From Vulcanimicrobiota bacterium (lineage in GTDB: Bacteria; Vulcanimicrobiota; Vulcanimicrobiia; Vulcanimicrobiales; Vulcanimicrobiaceae): 64,000 bases of DNA. The translations under genes and the position numbers were made by a program. The DNA lies in NCBI GenBank assembly GCA_963786105.1, contig CAWAXX010000023.1, positions 192,001 to 256,000 on the forward strand, given 5' to 3'. The notes below the pieces were generated by a model. It saw only the letters and a list, made by a program, of their open reading frames with translations, did not search any database and was not told where the DNA came from. Below, one piece after another: positions 50,347 through 59,613 of the stretch (position 1 is the stretch's first letter; each line of letters begins with the position of its first letter).

Positions 50347-51703
50347 ATGAACTTCGATCCATTTCAAACCGTGGAGGTCCCATTCGATAAAGACGGGCGA
50401 ATTACGCCGCTAGGCGGGATCGACGGGACGGGGGCGCAAGCCGCGATCGACGCGATGCTACCGAACGTGGATGACGTCATCGTGATTTCGCACGGTTGGA
50501 ACAATGACATCGACGATGCGCGACGTCTGTACACCGGCTTCTTCGGCAGCCTTGCGGCGGCGTGGAGCGCAGCCGGCCTGACGCCGGCGGACCTTGCGCG
50601 TACCGGGGTCGTGGCGCTGTACTGGCCGTCAAAGCGGTTCGACGAATCGGATCTCATTCCGGGGGGTGCCGCTGCAATCGACGATCCGACCGACTACGGT
50701 GCCGTGATTGCCACGCAGGTTGCCAATCTCAAAGATCAATTCGGCCAGTTCGACGATGGGCAGAAGCAGCTTCTCGACACGGCTCTGCAGCAGGTTCCCA
50801 CGCTCGACAGTGAAGCCGCACAAAACGCTTTCGTCGCGGCGCTTGCGGGGCTACTCCCAAAGACGACAAGCGAAGCCGATCAAGGCCTTGACACGAGCAC
50901 GAGCGACCTTAGCGGCGGAGACGGCTCGGGTAATTCTCCAAAACATTGCGACGCAGCTGGGAGCGCAAAACGTTGCGCCGGCCGGTGCCGGAGGAGCGGC
51001 GGGAGTTGCATCCTTCAATCCTATCGGCGACCTGCAAAAAGCCGGGAATATGCTTCTAAATCTAACGACGTACTACGTCATGAAAGAACGGGCTGGAACG
51101 ATCGGCCAAAACGGTGCGGCGCCGCTCGTTGCCGCCATGCTGCAGGCGAAACCGGATCTTCGCGTGCATTTGGTCGGACATAGCTTTGGTGGGCGCCTGG
51201 TCACATCGCTGGCGAATGCGCTGCCGGACGGCATTCAGGTTTCCACGCTATCGCTTCTGCAGGCCGCCTACTCGCATTACGGTTTGGCACCCGCACCGGC
51301 TGATGGAAGCCGCCCTGTTGGCGCATTCCGGGACGTCGTTGCGAAGCACAAGGTGCGCGACATCATTCAGATCACGCACAGCTCGCACGACTGGGCCGTC
51401 GGTGCAGCGTATCCGATTGCATCGTACATCTCCCGCGACGTCGCCGGCGCATTGCCGACGATCAGCGTTCCGGGCACGGCAAGCAGCCTGTGGGGCGGCA
51501 TGGGCGCAAGTGGGGCGCAGCAGACCGCGGAGGCCTTCGACGATACGCTGCTCGACGGAAATGCGGTGTATCCACCGTTGCCGGCGGGGAAGTTGATCCG
51601 CAACCTCGACGGCGACGCGTTCATTTCGAGCCACGGCGACGTCGACGGCTCGCAAGTTGCCTGGGCATTTCTGCAAGGCTTCAAGTTCGCCCGCTCTTCA
51701 TGA
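50347..51703 (+). CDS. Alpha/beta hydrolase with +1 frameshift at GGG 50928-50930
   Basis: GAAGGAG RBS; SHGWNND and LYWPS in the first frame; MKERAG, GHSFGG, LLQAA and SHGD in the second. Confidence 0.8.
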
Positions 51704-51754
51704 GGATACTCAGCCGCGTCGAGTGGCGCGTAACATCGAGAAAGTGAGAATTCG

Positions 51755-52795
51755 ATGCGGTCTACTTTAAAGATTGTCGCCTCATTTGCGGTCTTCGCTT
51801 TGCTGCCGTTGCAGATCTTGGCGGCAACTTCGGGATCGAGCCCCGCGCCGGCCGGATCGCCTACGCCACCGCCACTCTCGACCGCCGACATCATAAAGGT
51901 CGATTCGATGTTCGCCTGGCTTTCGGGTGGGATTTGGCTTACAGCCGTTATCGCTCTCGGGCTCAGCACCGCCATCTTCTTTTTGTCGCGACGCAAAGAT
52001 CCCGACCACACGCAGGTCGACGACAAGGATCTCGATCGTGCGCGCATCATTTATGGGTTCTGGCTCATCGTCGCCGGCTTGTTCCTGACGCTCGCCGTCG
52101 TGACGCTCACCGTGAACCTTTTCCGCCCACAAAACGTGGGCACCGCCGACATTTTAGCGGTGGTTTCGACGGTGACCGGCATCGTAGGAACGCTGATCGC
52201 GGCGTTCTTCGGCATTCAGGCTGCCGGCGCGGGGAGTTCTCAAGCGCTGACGGCGCTAAAAGAGTCGCGATCGAGCTCGCAGGTCACGAGCCCCACTTGC
52301 AAGATGGACCCGGGGTACGGGCCGCATGCCGGAAACACGCGCGTGTCGGTGACCGGCAACGGCTTCACTGGGGCCAGCGCCGTTAATTTCGGAATGACGT
52401 CGGGCGACAATTTCGAGTTGGTCAACGACGGGCTGGTCCGTAGCACGACGCCGCCGTCGGATCAGAAAGTGAAGAGCGACGTCGACGTCGTCGTGGTTTT
52501 CCCGACTGCCGCCGCCGGTAACATCCCAGTCGGCACGTTTTACTACTACACCGTCGATCCGCCGAGAGGTCCGGTTGCCGGAGGAACGCGGGTAACGATC
52601 ATTGGAACTGGGCTAACGGGAGCGACGGCGGTCAACTTCGGAGCGATTGCCGTTCAGAATCCCGCTCACGACGCCGATGGGAACCTCGTGGTCGATACTC
52701 CCGCTAGCGCGGCGGGATTCGTTGACGTCAGCGTAACCTTCCCCGCCGACTCCCCGACCAATAAATCAACGGTCGGACGGTTCGAGTACGTGTGA
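51755..52795 (+). CDS. Membrane protein with two IPT/TIG domains
   Basis: Signal peptide, about 3 TM helices, two copies of P..GP..G.TRV...G.G.TGA.AVNFG. Confidence 0.8.
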   Translation: MRSTLKIVASFAVFALLPLQILAATSGSSPAPAGSPTPPPLSTADIIKVDSMFAWLSGGIWLTAVIALGLSTAIFFLSRRKDPDHTQVDDKDLDRARIIYGFWLIVAGLFLTLAVVTLTVNLFRPQNVGTADILAVVSTVTGIVGTLIAAFFGIQAAGAGSSQALTALKESRSSSQVTSPTCKMDPGYGPHAGNTRVSVTGNGFTGASAVNFGMTSGDNFELVNDGLVRSTTPPSDQKVKSDVDVVVVFPTAAAGNIPVGTFYYYTVDPPRGPVAGGTRVTIIGTGLTGATAVNFGAIAVQNPAHDADGNLVVDTPASAAGFVDVSVTFPADSPTNKSTVGRFEYV

Positions 52796-52815
52796 GTCGC
52801 AAAGGTTGCTGCAGA

Positions 52816-53271
52816 CTATAGCTTTGCGAAGTAGGAATCGAGATTCTCTTTCGTGGTGGCGAACTGGACTAGTGCGGCCTGTATGTGCTTTCTCAAACTG
52901 GTCAGCAGCGTTCCCTCTACATACTGCTGGAAGACATCGACAGTTGCTGCGCCGTTTGCCGAAATCCACGCAGCGATTTCGCGACGCACGTAGCCGGTAT
53001 AATTGGGGTGAGTACCGTGAAAGCCTACGGCTAAAGCCTCGCCGTTAATCTTGTCGTTGAAGTTCCAACCCATCTTTAAGAGTTCTTTCATTATACCTTG
53101 CTCTTTGAGAATCTCGATCGGGATCAGATGATGCGCTTGGCTTGAATCCAATATATTCATGTTCGTAGCGAGGTTCGCGCGCTTCATAATAGCTTCGGCA
53201 ATCTCCGAGCCGTAGAGCCGCGTTAGCTCCACCCTCATTTCATCCGCGCTGAAGTGCGCTTGTGTTTTCAT
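52816..53271 (-). CDS. AHH-family (HNH/EndoVII) nuclease toxin domain, probable detached C-terminus of the DUF4157 protein
   Basis: SQAHHLIP, NG..L, HGTHPNY; more AT-rich than neighbours. Confidence 0.8.
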   Translation of the reverse strand: MKTQAHFSADEMRVELTRLYGSEIAEAIMKRANLATNMNILDSSQAHHLIPIEILKEQGIMKELLKMGWNFNDKINGEALAVGFHGTHPNYTGYVRREIAAWISANGAATVDVFQQYVEGTLLTSLRKHIQAALVQFATTKENLDSYFAKL

Positions 53272-53583
53272 GAAGTCGTTACTCTCTTTCGGCTATCTCG
53301 CGAGATTTCTTCATGGAAAGTCTTCTTGGACTGCGAACGGTACCGTTCGCTGGCGCGGAACGCTCTGAGCCACGCGCACTCATCGCTGCGCGGCCGACCC
53401 GCTTTGCTGTCTTCGTCGACGTCCAGTAGGCTTTGCCGGTCCGCCCGGAAGCGGGGTCGCATCTTATTCAAGCCGTCTATGCGCCCATCAATTGAGAACC
53501 GGCGGCCACGTCGATGCGCGCAGAGCAACGGATCGCACCTTTCTCTTGCGACGATAAGTGGTAGGCGAACCGCCACCCGGAGT

Positions 53584-56076
53584 TTATCGCCCGATGGATA
53601 TGATCGGTCCTTCGGTTTCTGTTGACGGCTCGTAACTAGCTCGCGTTGTCGCTTGTATTGTGCCTTGTCGCTCCAAGTGTCGCGCGGATTTGGTCGGGTG
53701 ACAGCGGCGGGTCGCGAGCAAGTTGGGTGGCGGCGCTGAACGCCGGCTTGTATAGTCGGTCTTCTTCTGCTCGGCCGTCCTTTCGTCAGGTTTGTCGCCC
53801 TTACCGAAGATCTTCGCAAACAGCTTCTTGGCTGAGCCGACGATCCAATCGACCACTTTCTCCAGTGCTTTGTCGACGGTGTCGCGCACTTTGCCGATGA
53901 TGGCCATTACCTTGTCGGAGATCTTGCCGAGGCCGAGGAAGCCCGCGAGGAAGCTGATGGCGAGCGTGATTAAGCCGGCTAAGACACTTTCCACTTTCTT
54001 GGCGGCGCCGCCGATCGCGCCGGCGGCAATCTCCATCATCGAATCGAGAAATGCCGTCGCGACTTGAATGATCTTGCTCAGCTTCGATACGAACACCATG
54101 ATCGTGTCGTAGATCGAGATGATCGCCTGGATGAAGGCGCCGCCGGGGATGAGCAAGCTGATGACTTTCTCGACCGCCTTCTTGACGATCGTCGTCACCA
54201 CGAAATCCATGATGCCGGAAATGACCGTGTCTTTCAGGCTGCTGAGCTGTTCTTTGATCTTGTCCCAGGCTGCAGCAGGACCGTCTTTGACGAGCGTAAC
54301 GACGATGTCGAAGCCGGTCTCCATGGCCTTTACGGCAGGCTCGCCGACCGCCTTGACGAGCTTTTGTCGAACGTTCTGCCAGGTCAGCGAGAGCACCGAA
54401 AGCACGAACATCACGATTTCACGGAGATCGAACGACTTTGGCAAGTAAACGCCGGTGAGCGTGCCGGTGAGCCACTCGATGAACGCTGCTTTTAGGTGCG
54501 CGCCGATGTTGTCGGCAAACTGCTGGAAGCCGAGCTTGCCGGCCTTTACCAAGTTGCCAACGAATCCGATCGGATTCTTGAGAATCGATCTGAACGCACC
54601 GCCGATTTTCTTGAGGTACGGAATCGCGCCGGGCGCAACGACCTCAAAAATGATCTGGAGCAAATTCCAGACGGCGTTGCCGGCCCAACTGATGAACTTT
54701 CCAATGAAGTCGCCGAAGACCGTTCCAATTTTCTTGAACGCTCGCGGTAGCAGGATAATGTCTTCAAGGACGAGCGACTTGACCGCCTCAATGAAGAGCG
54801 CGGGTATCTGGCTTACGAAAGAGAACAGCGTCGCGACGTTCGTCTTGAACCAAGCCGATACGCGCGAAATGGCGTTCGCCTTTTTGACGTTGGCCCATAG
54901 CTCTTCCTCGCCGATGAGCTTCATTAGGCCGCCAAGGATGGCTTCCGCGTCTGACGGCACTTTCTCCCCGGTGATCGGATTCTTCCCCATCACTGCAATC
55001 AGGAGATCCCAGCCGCGGGTTTGCGAGGCGAGCTCGGCCAGGGGCATCAGGATGGCATCTTTTACGAACTTGATGATTCCGTCAGCGAGGCCGACGACGA
55101 AGTTTTTGATCCGGTCGATCGGGTCCGTAAAGATCTTTTTGGCACGTTCCCAAACGTCGTCAAGATTCCAAATATCCGAAAGGTGAAGGGAGTCGATGAA
55201 TTTGGTCAGACTGGCTTTGATCGATCCACCGACTAAGGCCAGGGTCGCCAGCTGTTGGTCGACCCACGTTCCTACTTTATCGAAGACACCGTACTTATCG
55301 AGGGCTTGCGTGATGAGCGCTCCGCCGGGAATGAACTCGACGACGGCGCGCATGATGTTCGCGGGGCTTCGCTCGACCCGGCTCATATTGACCGGATTGA
55401 CACCGAGCACGATCGTGAACATCCGGAATCCAGGAATTAGGTTGGCCTTGTCGGCAACCCAATCGAGTGCGTCGCTCAGGCCGAACCGCTGGACGATCGG
55501 CCCGCTAACGCGCTCGGTGACCGTGAACTTTTCGCCGCGCAACACGGCCGCGGAAGCGCGATGAGCCTCGCGTTCGAATGCATCGAAGCGGTCTGATCCC
55601 CAATGCTGAAGCACCGGCGCATGCTGTTGTTGGATGACGTGTGCGGCTTCGTGTGAGACGAGGCCGAGATCGGTCGGTTTCTCGCCCGTACGAAGAGAGA
55701 TGAGAGAGCCGTACGTGGACGCCCGTACTTTGCGGATGTCGTAAGCCTCGCCCGCCTTATCGCCAGTATGAATTGTAACGCCGGCAAGGTTTACAGAAAG
55801 GCTGTGCTCGATTGCCTCCCGCACGTGCGGTGGCAATGGTTGACCGCCGGGCACCGTCGAGGTCGGGACGGGCACGAACGGCACCGGAACCACGCTCGGA
55901 CGTGCGGTCGTATCGAACGGCATCGGTACCGTGCGTTCGCGGGCGTACTGCGGGAGCTCGGACGCAGTTTTCGGCGATGCGGACGTTTCCACCGGCTTCG
56001 GTTTATCGTGCTTTACCGCCGGTGCAGGTATCGGAACCGGTGCGGCCGGCTTGGGCGCGACGCTGGGAGCTGGCAT
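53584..56076 (-). CDS. DUF4157 (eCIS core domain) toxin carrier, frame broken from about 53750
   Basis: GGQPLPPHVR...V.IHT...RASTYG...GLVSHEAAHVIQQ...FEREA; long amphipathic helical region; Pro-rich N-terminus. Confidence 0.85.
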   Translation of the reverse strand: MPAPSVAPKPAAPVPIPAPAVKHDKPKPVETSASPKTASELPQYARERTVPMPFDTTARPSVVPVPFVPVPTSTVPGGQPLPPHVREAIEHSLSVNLAGVTIHTGDKAGEAYDIRKVRASTYGSLISLRTGEKPTDLGLVSHEAAHVIQQQHAPVLQHWGSDRFDAFEREAHRASAAVLRGEKFTVTERVSGPIVQRFGLSDALDWVADKANLIPGFRMFTIVLGVNPVNMSRVERSPANIMRAVVEFIPGGALITQALDKYGVFDKVGTWVDQQLATLALVGGSIKASLTKFIDSLHLSDIWNLDDVWERAKKIFTDPIDRIKNFVVGLADGIIKFVKDAILMPLAELASQTRGWDLLIAVMGKNPITGEKVPSDAEAILGGLMKLIGEEELWANVKKANAISRVSAWFKTNVATLFSFVSQIPALFIEAVKSLVLEDIILLPRAFKKIGTVFGDFIGKFISWAGNAVWNLLQIIFEVVAPGAIPYLKKIGGAFRSILKNPIGFVGNLVKAGKLGFQQFADNIGAHLKAAFIEWLTGTLTGVYLPKSFDLREIVMFVLSVLSLTWQNVRQKLVKAVGEPAVKAMETGFDIVVTLVKDGPAAAWDKIKEQLSSLKDTVISGIMDFVVTTIVKKAVEKVISLLIPGGAFIQAIISIYDTIMVFVSKLSKIIQVATAFLDSMMEIAAGAIGGAAKKVESVLAGLITLAISFLAGFLGLGKISDKVMAIIGKVRDTVDKALEKVVDWIVGSAKKLFAKIFGKGDKPDERTAEQKKTDYTSRRSAPPPNLLATRRCHPTKSARHLERQGTIQATTRASYEPSTETEGPIISIGR

Positions 56077-56084
56077 GACGCGTT

Positions 56085-58058
56085 CTAACCGGAATCCGGC
56101 GCTTTGCCGTTGGACCTCAGTTCGCTCGGCAGCTGGCGGCTCACCTTAGCATATTCGCTCGACACTCCGACGACCAAATGCCGGTATGCGATGGTTTCAC
56201 CGTCTTTTGCGGCAGCCACGGCTGCACGCAACACGGCATTGCGAATCTGCCCGCCCGAGAGCTCGCCGATCGCGGCGAGCGAGTTCACATGCGCGGCGCT
56301 CACGGCGTGATCGCTACCGAGGTGCGCCCACCACAGCGCTCGGCGCTCTTCCGGACCAGGCGACGGGAAGCTGAGAATTGCATCGAAACGCCGCGAGAAC
56401 GCCGCGTCGAGGCGACCGCGTCCGTTGCTCGTTAATACCGTAATTCCGTCGTAGCTCTCCATGCGCTGCAACAAGTAGTTGGTCTGCGCATTGGCAAAGC
56501 GATCGTTGGAATCGTGGATATCGGTCCGCTTTCCAAACAGCGAATCCGCTTCGTCGAAGAGCAGCAAAACTTCGTTCTGTTCGGCACGCGCAAGAAGCTG
56601 GCTGAGATTTTTTTCCGTCTCACCGATGTATTTTGACGTGATTGCGGAAAGGTCGACGCGGCAAAGTGGAAGACCAAGTCTGGTGGCAAGCCAGGCGGCG
56701 GCGAGCGTTTTGCCGGTTCCCGAAGGACCGACGAAAAGCGCGCGCACCGACGGACGATACCGCGCCCGAATCGACGGGCCCAGCGATTCGGCAAAGCGTT
56801 CGCGCAGGCGGCAGCGCACGACCAGCGATTCGAGTTCCTCGCGCAACGCTTTCGGAACCACCAGCGCTTCGTCGCCGACGTCGTCGGGAATGACTTCCGC
56901 TAGGGCGGCTAGGCCGGCCGGTGCGTCGCGACGAGCAACGGCGGCGACGTCTTCGTAGCACGCGAGTTTCCCGTCAGGGACTTCCTCGTTCACCTTGCCG
57001 GCAAGGACGGCGATTCTGCCGGCCGTATGGCGATGCTCGCACGCGATTCGCTTCGCAAGGTCACGATTGGCGACGTGCGCGTCCCAGAGCTCCTCTCGCT
57101 CGACCGGCGTGGGAACGTCTAATCGCCATTCGAACAATGCGCGATGGTCGGATTCGAAGTCTCCGTCCGGTCCGCTCAAGATGACGGTAGGCCCGGAAAA
57201 ACACGGTATGGACGGCACCGGCTTACGCTCGCCCGGAGTCAGCCACTGAGTAAAGACTGGAACGATTCCATTTAAAAATAGCCAAGGCGCCATGCCGGCG
57301 AGCCGCTCGGTGTAGACGAGCGCGGGCTGTGCCCCCAGAGCCGAGCAGACGCGTGCGGCAGCCGCACGTGCTTCCGGAACGTCGCCGCTGCGAATCACCA
57401 GGACTGCGCTTGGTAGTGCGGTGAGTCGCTTGCCAAATGCGCTCGCCTGCAGTTCGGCAGTCCTGCCGAGTGGAATCGCCGAACTTTCGTGCGAAACGAC
57501 GGACGTGCCGGGCCACTCGCAGGTTACGCCCTGTAGCGCGAGGCCGTTGGAAACCGGAACGCGGATGTGCCGCTCGGGCAGTGGCGATTCGTCGTCGGAA
57601 AGTAATAACAGACCGCAGCGCACGGCTCGGCCCTGCGCGATCGCGTGCACGGCGCTCGTACCGCTATCTTCGCCGTAGGCCTGGGCCAGTAACCCCACCG
57701 TAGGCCGGCTAAGCGAAAGCGGTTGCTGCAAATGCGCAAGCAAATGGCTTGCTAACACGTCCTCTTCGACTGCGGCCGCCAAGCGGACCGACAGGGTCTC
57801 GGTTGCCGTTAACCCGAATTCGTTCGTGGCAGCAAAGAGCGGTCGGTCAACGGCGCGCGGTTTGCGCGCATATTCTGCAAAAGCGCATAGCAATTGCATT
57901 CGGCTGCCGTCGAATCCCCGCGCGCCCGCATCGAGGCGATCGCGCAGGCGCTGATCGAGCGACGTACACGAAGCCGCAAGACGCGCAAGACCCGCCAGTA
58001 CGAAGCCGTACGCTGTGAGGCCGTTATCGAACGCCATCGCGCCGGCTGGTTTTAGCAC
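56085..58058 (-). CDS. AAA+ ATPase, Afp15/Pvc15-like (start may be ATG 58037)
   Basis: GPSGTGKT, VDLSAITSKYIGETEKNL, FDEADSLFGKR, DRFANAQTNYLLQRME, LSGGQIRN. Confidence 0.9.
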   Translation of the reverse strand: MLKPAGAMAFDNGLTAYGFVLAGLARLAASCTSLDQRLRDRLDAGARGFDGSRMQLLCAFAEYARKPRAVDRPLFAATNEFGLTATETLSVRLAAAVEEDVLASHLLAHLQQPLSLSRPTVGLLAQAYGEDSGTSAVHAIAQGRAVRCGLLLLSDDESPLPERHIRVPVSNGLALQGVTCEWPGTSVVSHESSAIPLGRTAELQASAFGKRLTALPSAVLVIRSGDVPEARAAAARVCSALGAQPALVYTERLAGMAPWLFLNGIVPVFTQWLTPGERKPVPSIPCFSGPTVILSGPDGDFESDHRALFEWRLDVPTPVEREELWDAHVANRDLAKRIACEHRHTAGRIAVLAGKVNEEVPDGKLACYEDVAAVARRDAPAGLAALAEVIPDDVGDEALVVPKALREELESLVVRCRLRERFAESLGPSIRARYRPSVRALFVGPSGTGKTLAAAWLATRLGLPLCRVDLSAITSKYIGETEKNLSQLLARAEQNEVLLLFDEADSLFGKRTDIHDSNDRFANAQTNYLLQRMESYDGITVLTSNGRGRLDAAFSRRFDAILSFPSPGPEERRALWWAHLGSDHAVSAAHVNSLAAIGELSGGQIRNAVLRAAVAAAKDGETIAYRHLVVGVSSEYAKVSRQLPSELRSNGKAPDSG

Positions 58059-58073
58059 GGCGGCACGCCCGGA

Positions 58074-59603
58074 TTACTGACGTGCATAACCGTCCTGCGT
58101 ATAGTGGAAGCGCACGACGCGGCCGAACCATGGGGTCCACCCCGGGTCGATGTCTAAACCGGCGCGGCGAATGCGGATATCGGCACTGTCGAGCGGCATC
58201 GTCACGTCGAGCTCGGTTCGGCTCACGGTGATGCGTCCGCGTCGAAACACAATCGCGCGCACGCCGAGCCTGCCGGCACGCCGGCACCAGCGGCGCACGG
58301 CCGCGTACCAGGCCCGCAGCAACGCCTCGTCGTTAGGCCAAGGAGTTTGACGCGATTCACGATAGGCGTCGATTTCGGCTTCAAGAAGCCGGACGGAGGG
58401 ATCGAGTGGATCGATGCGAGCTTTCGCCGCCAGATGCACGAGCACACGTGCAACGAACGCGTTTTCCGACAGCGCCGGCCGTTCGTGCAGGAAGCGCACG
58501 ATTCCCAGTCGTGCGATAACATTCAACAGGAAGAATAAGCCGGCCGCCGTCGTCTCGACGCCTTGAAGCTTACGCGGAGCGTCGATGGCAAGCGATGAAT
58601 CTTGCGTCTCGCGTACGACCTGGAGTTTCGGCGCCAAAACGGTCTCTGAGGGCGCGGCCTCGCGGGTGCGGCTCGCGACTTCGCCTCGAGCTACGGCGGG
58701 CGGCCCGTCTTCCGGAAGGGCCCGCGGCTGTTCTTCAAATGCGATCGTCCAAATCGGGCCGAGTGCATTCGCGCGGGTGCGCCCCGCGATTGACTCGCGG
58801 AGCCTGCGTGCCGAGAGCAGCCGCAGCGTCGCCAGCGCGCGCGACAGGACGTCGTGCGACCTCAACGTGCCGGGCGACGCGAAATAAACGGCGAGAGCGG
58901 CGAGCCACGTCGTCCGCGGATCGGAACTTCCGAGGGTGTGCGTAGCGCGAGCGAGCGTCATTTCCAGCTGTGAAGAAAGGCGGACCACCGGCGCTGCAGA
59001 ATCGGCGGCGCCGAGGTCGCCCATCTCGCGCAGCCATGCCTCCGCAGCACCGGCGGGAATCTCTTCCAACAAGCGGACCGCTTCGCCCGAGTCAAGCGCC
59101 GTAAATACTGCCTGCGCGACGCGGATCCAGGAGTGCGGCTCTTGCCGAAGCTCTTCCACAATAGCAACGATCTGTCTGCGCCCTTCGAGCACCGTCGCGC
59201 CATCAGCGATCAGCGCCCAATACCATTCGCGTTGCGGTTCGCGGCGAACCGTCCTGCGCAGCAGCGCCTCGAGTGCTTCTTGCCGACTGTCGAAATAGAC
59301 GGCATCCGCCGAGGACGCGCGCCAATCGGAACCGTGAACCGCGCTGGCCGCATGTCGATAGAGAACGCGCTGCAACTGCTCGTGCCAAATTGCCCGGGTA
59401 CCGTCGGCAGGCACGCCATTCAAGACGACACGCCGAAAATAGTAGGCGCGGCCCTCCGGCTCGCCCGGCAAGTGAACGAGACGCAAAGCGTCGGTGAGCG
59501 CAAACTCGGCCCGGGGTGCGAGGGTTCGGTCCCGCAGGCGTAGCCGGCAGCGCTGCACTCGGCGGTCGCCGCGATCCCATCGCTTAGTGCTCCAAGACGG
59601 CAC
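58074..59603 (-). CDS. Contractile injection system tape-measure-like protein (Afp14 position); start uncertain
   Basis: AAGLFFLL...RRGRI...RRAGLDIDPGWTPWFGRVVRFHY C-terminus; directly upstream of the eCIS ATPase. Confidence 0.6.
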   Translation of the reverse strand: MPSWSTKRWDRGDRRVQRCRLRLRDRTLAPRAEFALTDALRLVHLPGEPEGRAYYFRRVVLNGVPADGTRAIWHEQLQRVLYRHAASAVHGSDWRASSADAVYFDSRQEALEALLRRTVRREPQREWYWALIADGATVLEGRRQIVAIVEELRQEPHSWIRVAQAVFTALDSGEAVRLLEEIPAGAAEAWLREMGDLGAADSAAPVVRLSSQLEMTLARATHTLGSSDPRTTWLAALAVYFASPGTLRSHDVLSRALATLRLLSARRLRESIAGRTRANALGPIWTIAFEEQPRALPEDGPPAVARGEVASRTREAAPSETVLAPKLQVVRETQDSSLAIDAPRKLQGVETTAAGLFFLLNVIARLGIVRFLHERPALSENAFVARVLVHLAAKARIDPLDPSVRLLEAEIDAYRESRQTPWPNDEALLRAWYAAVRRWCRRAGRLGVRAIVFRRGRITVSRTELDVTMPLDSADIRIRRAGLDIDPGWTPWFGRVVRFHYTQDGYARQ

Positions 59604-59613
59604 GGATAAACCC

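Noticed and set aside
50920..50940. Programmed ribosomal frameshift in the hydrolase
   Set aside because: No slippery heptamer or evident stimulatory structure; a single extra G explains it
53268..53819. 183-aa ORF as an immunity protein
   Set aside because: Lies upstream of the toxin domain and is a patchwork of the broken linker frames
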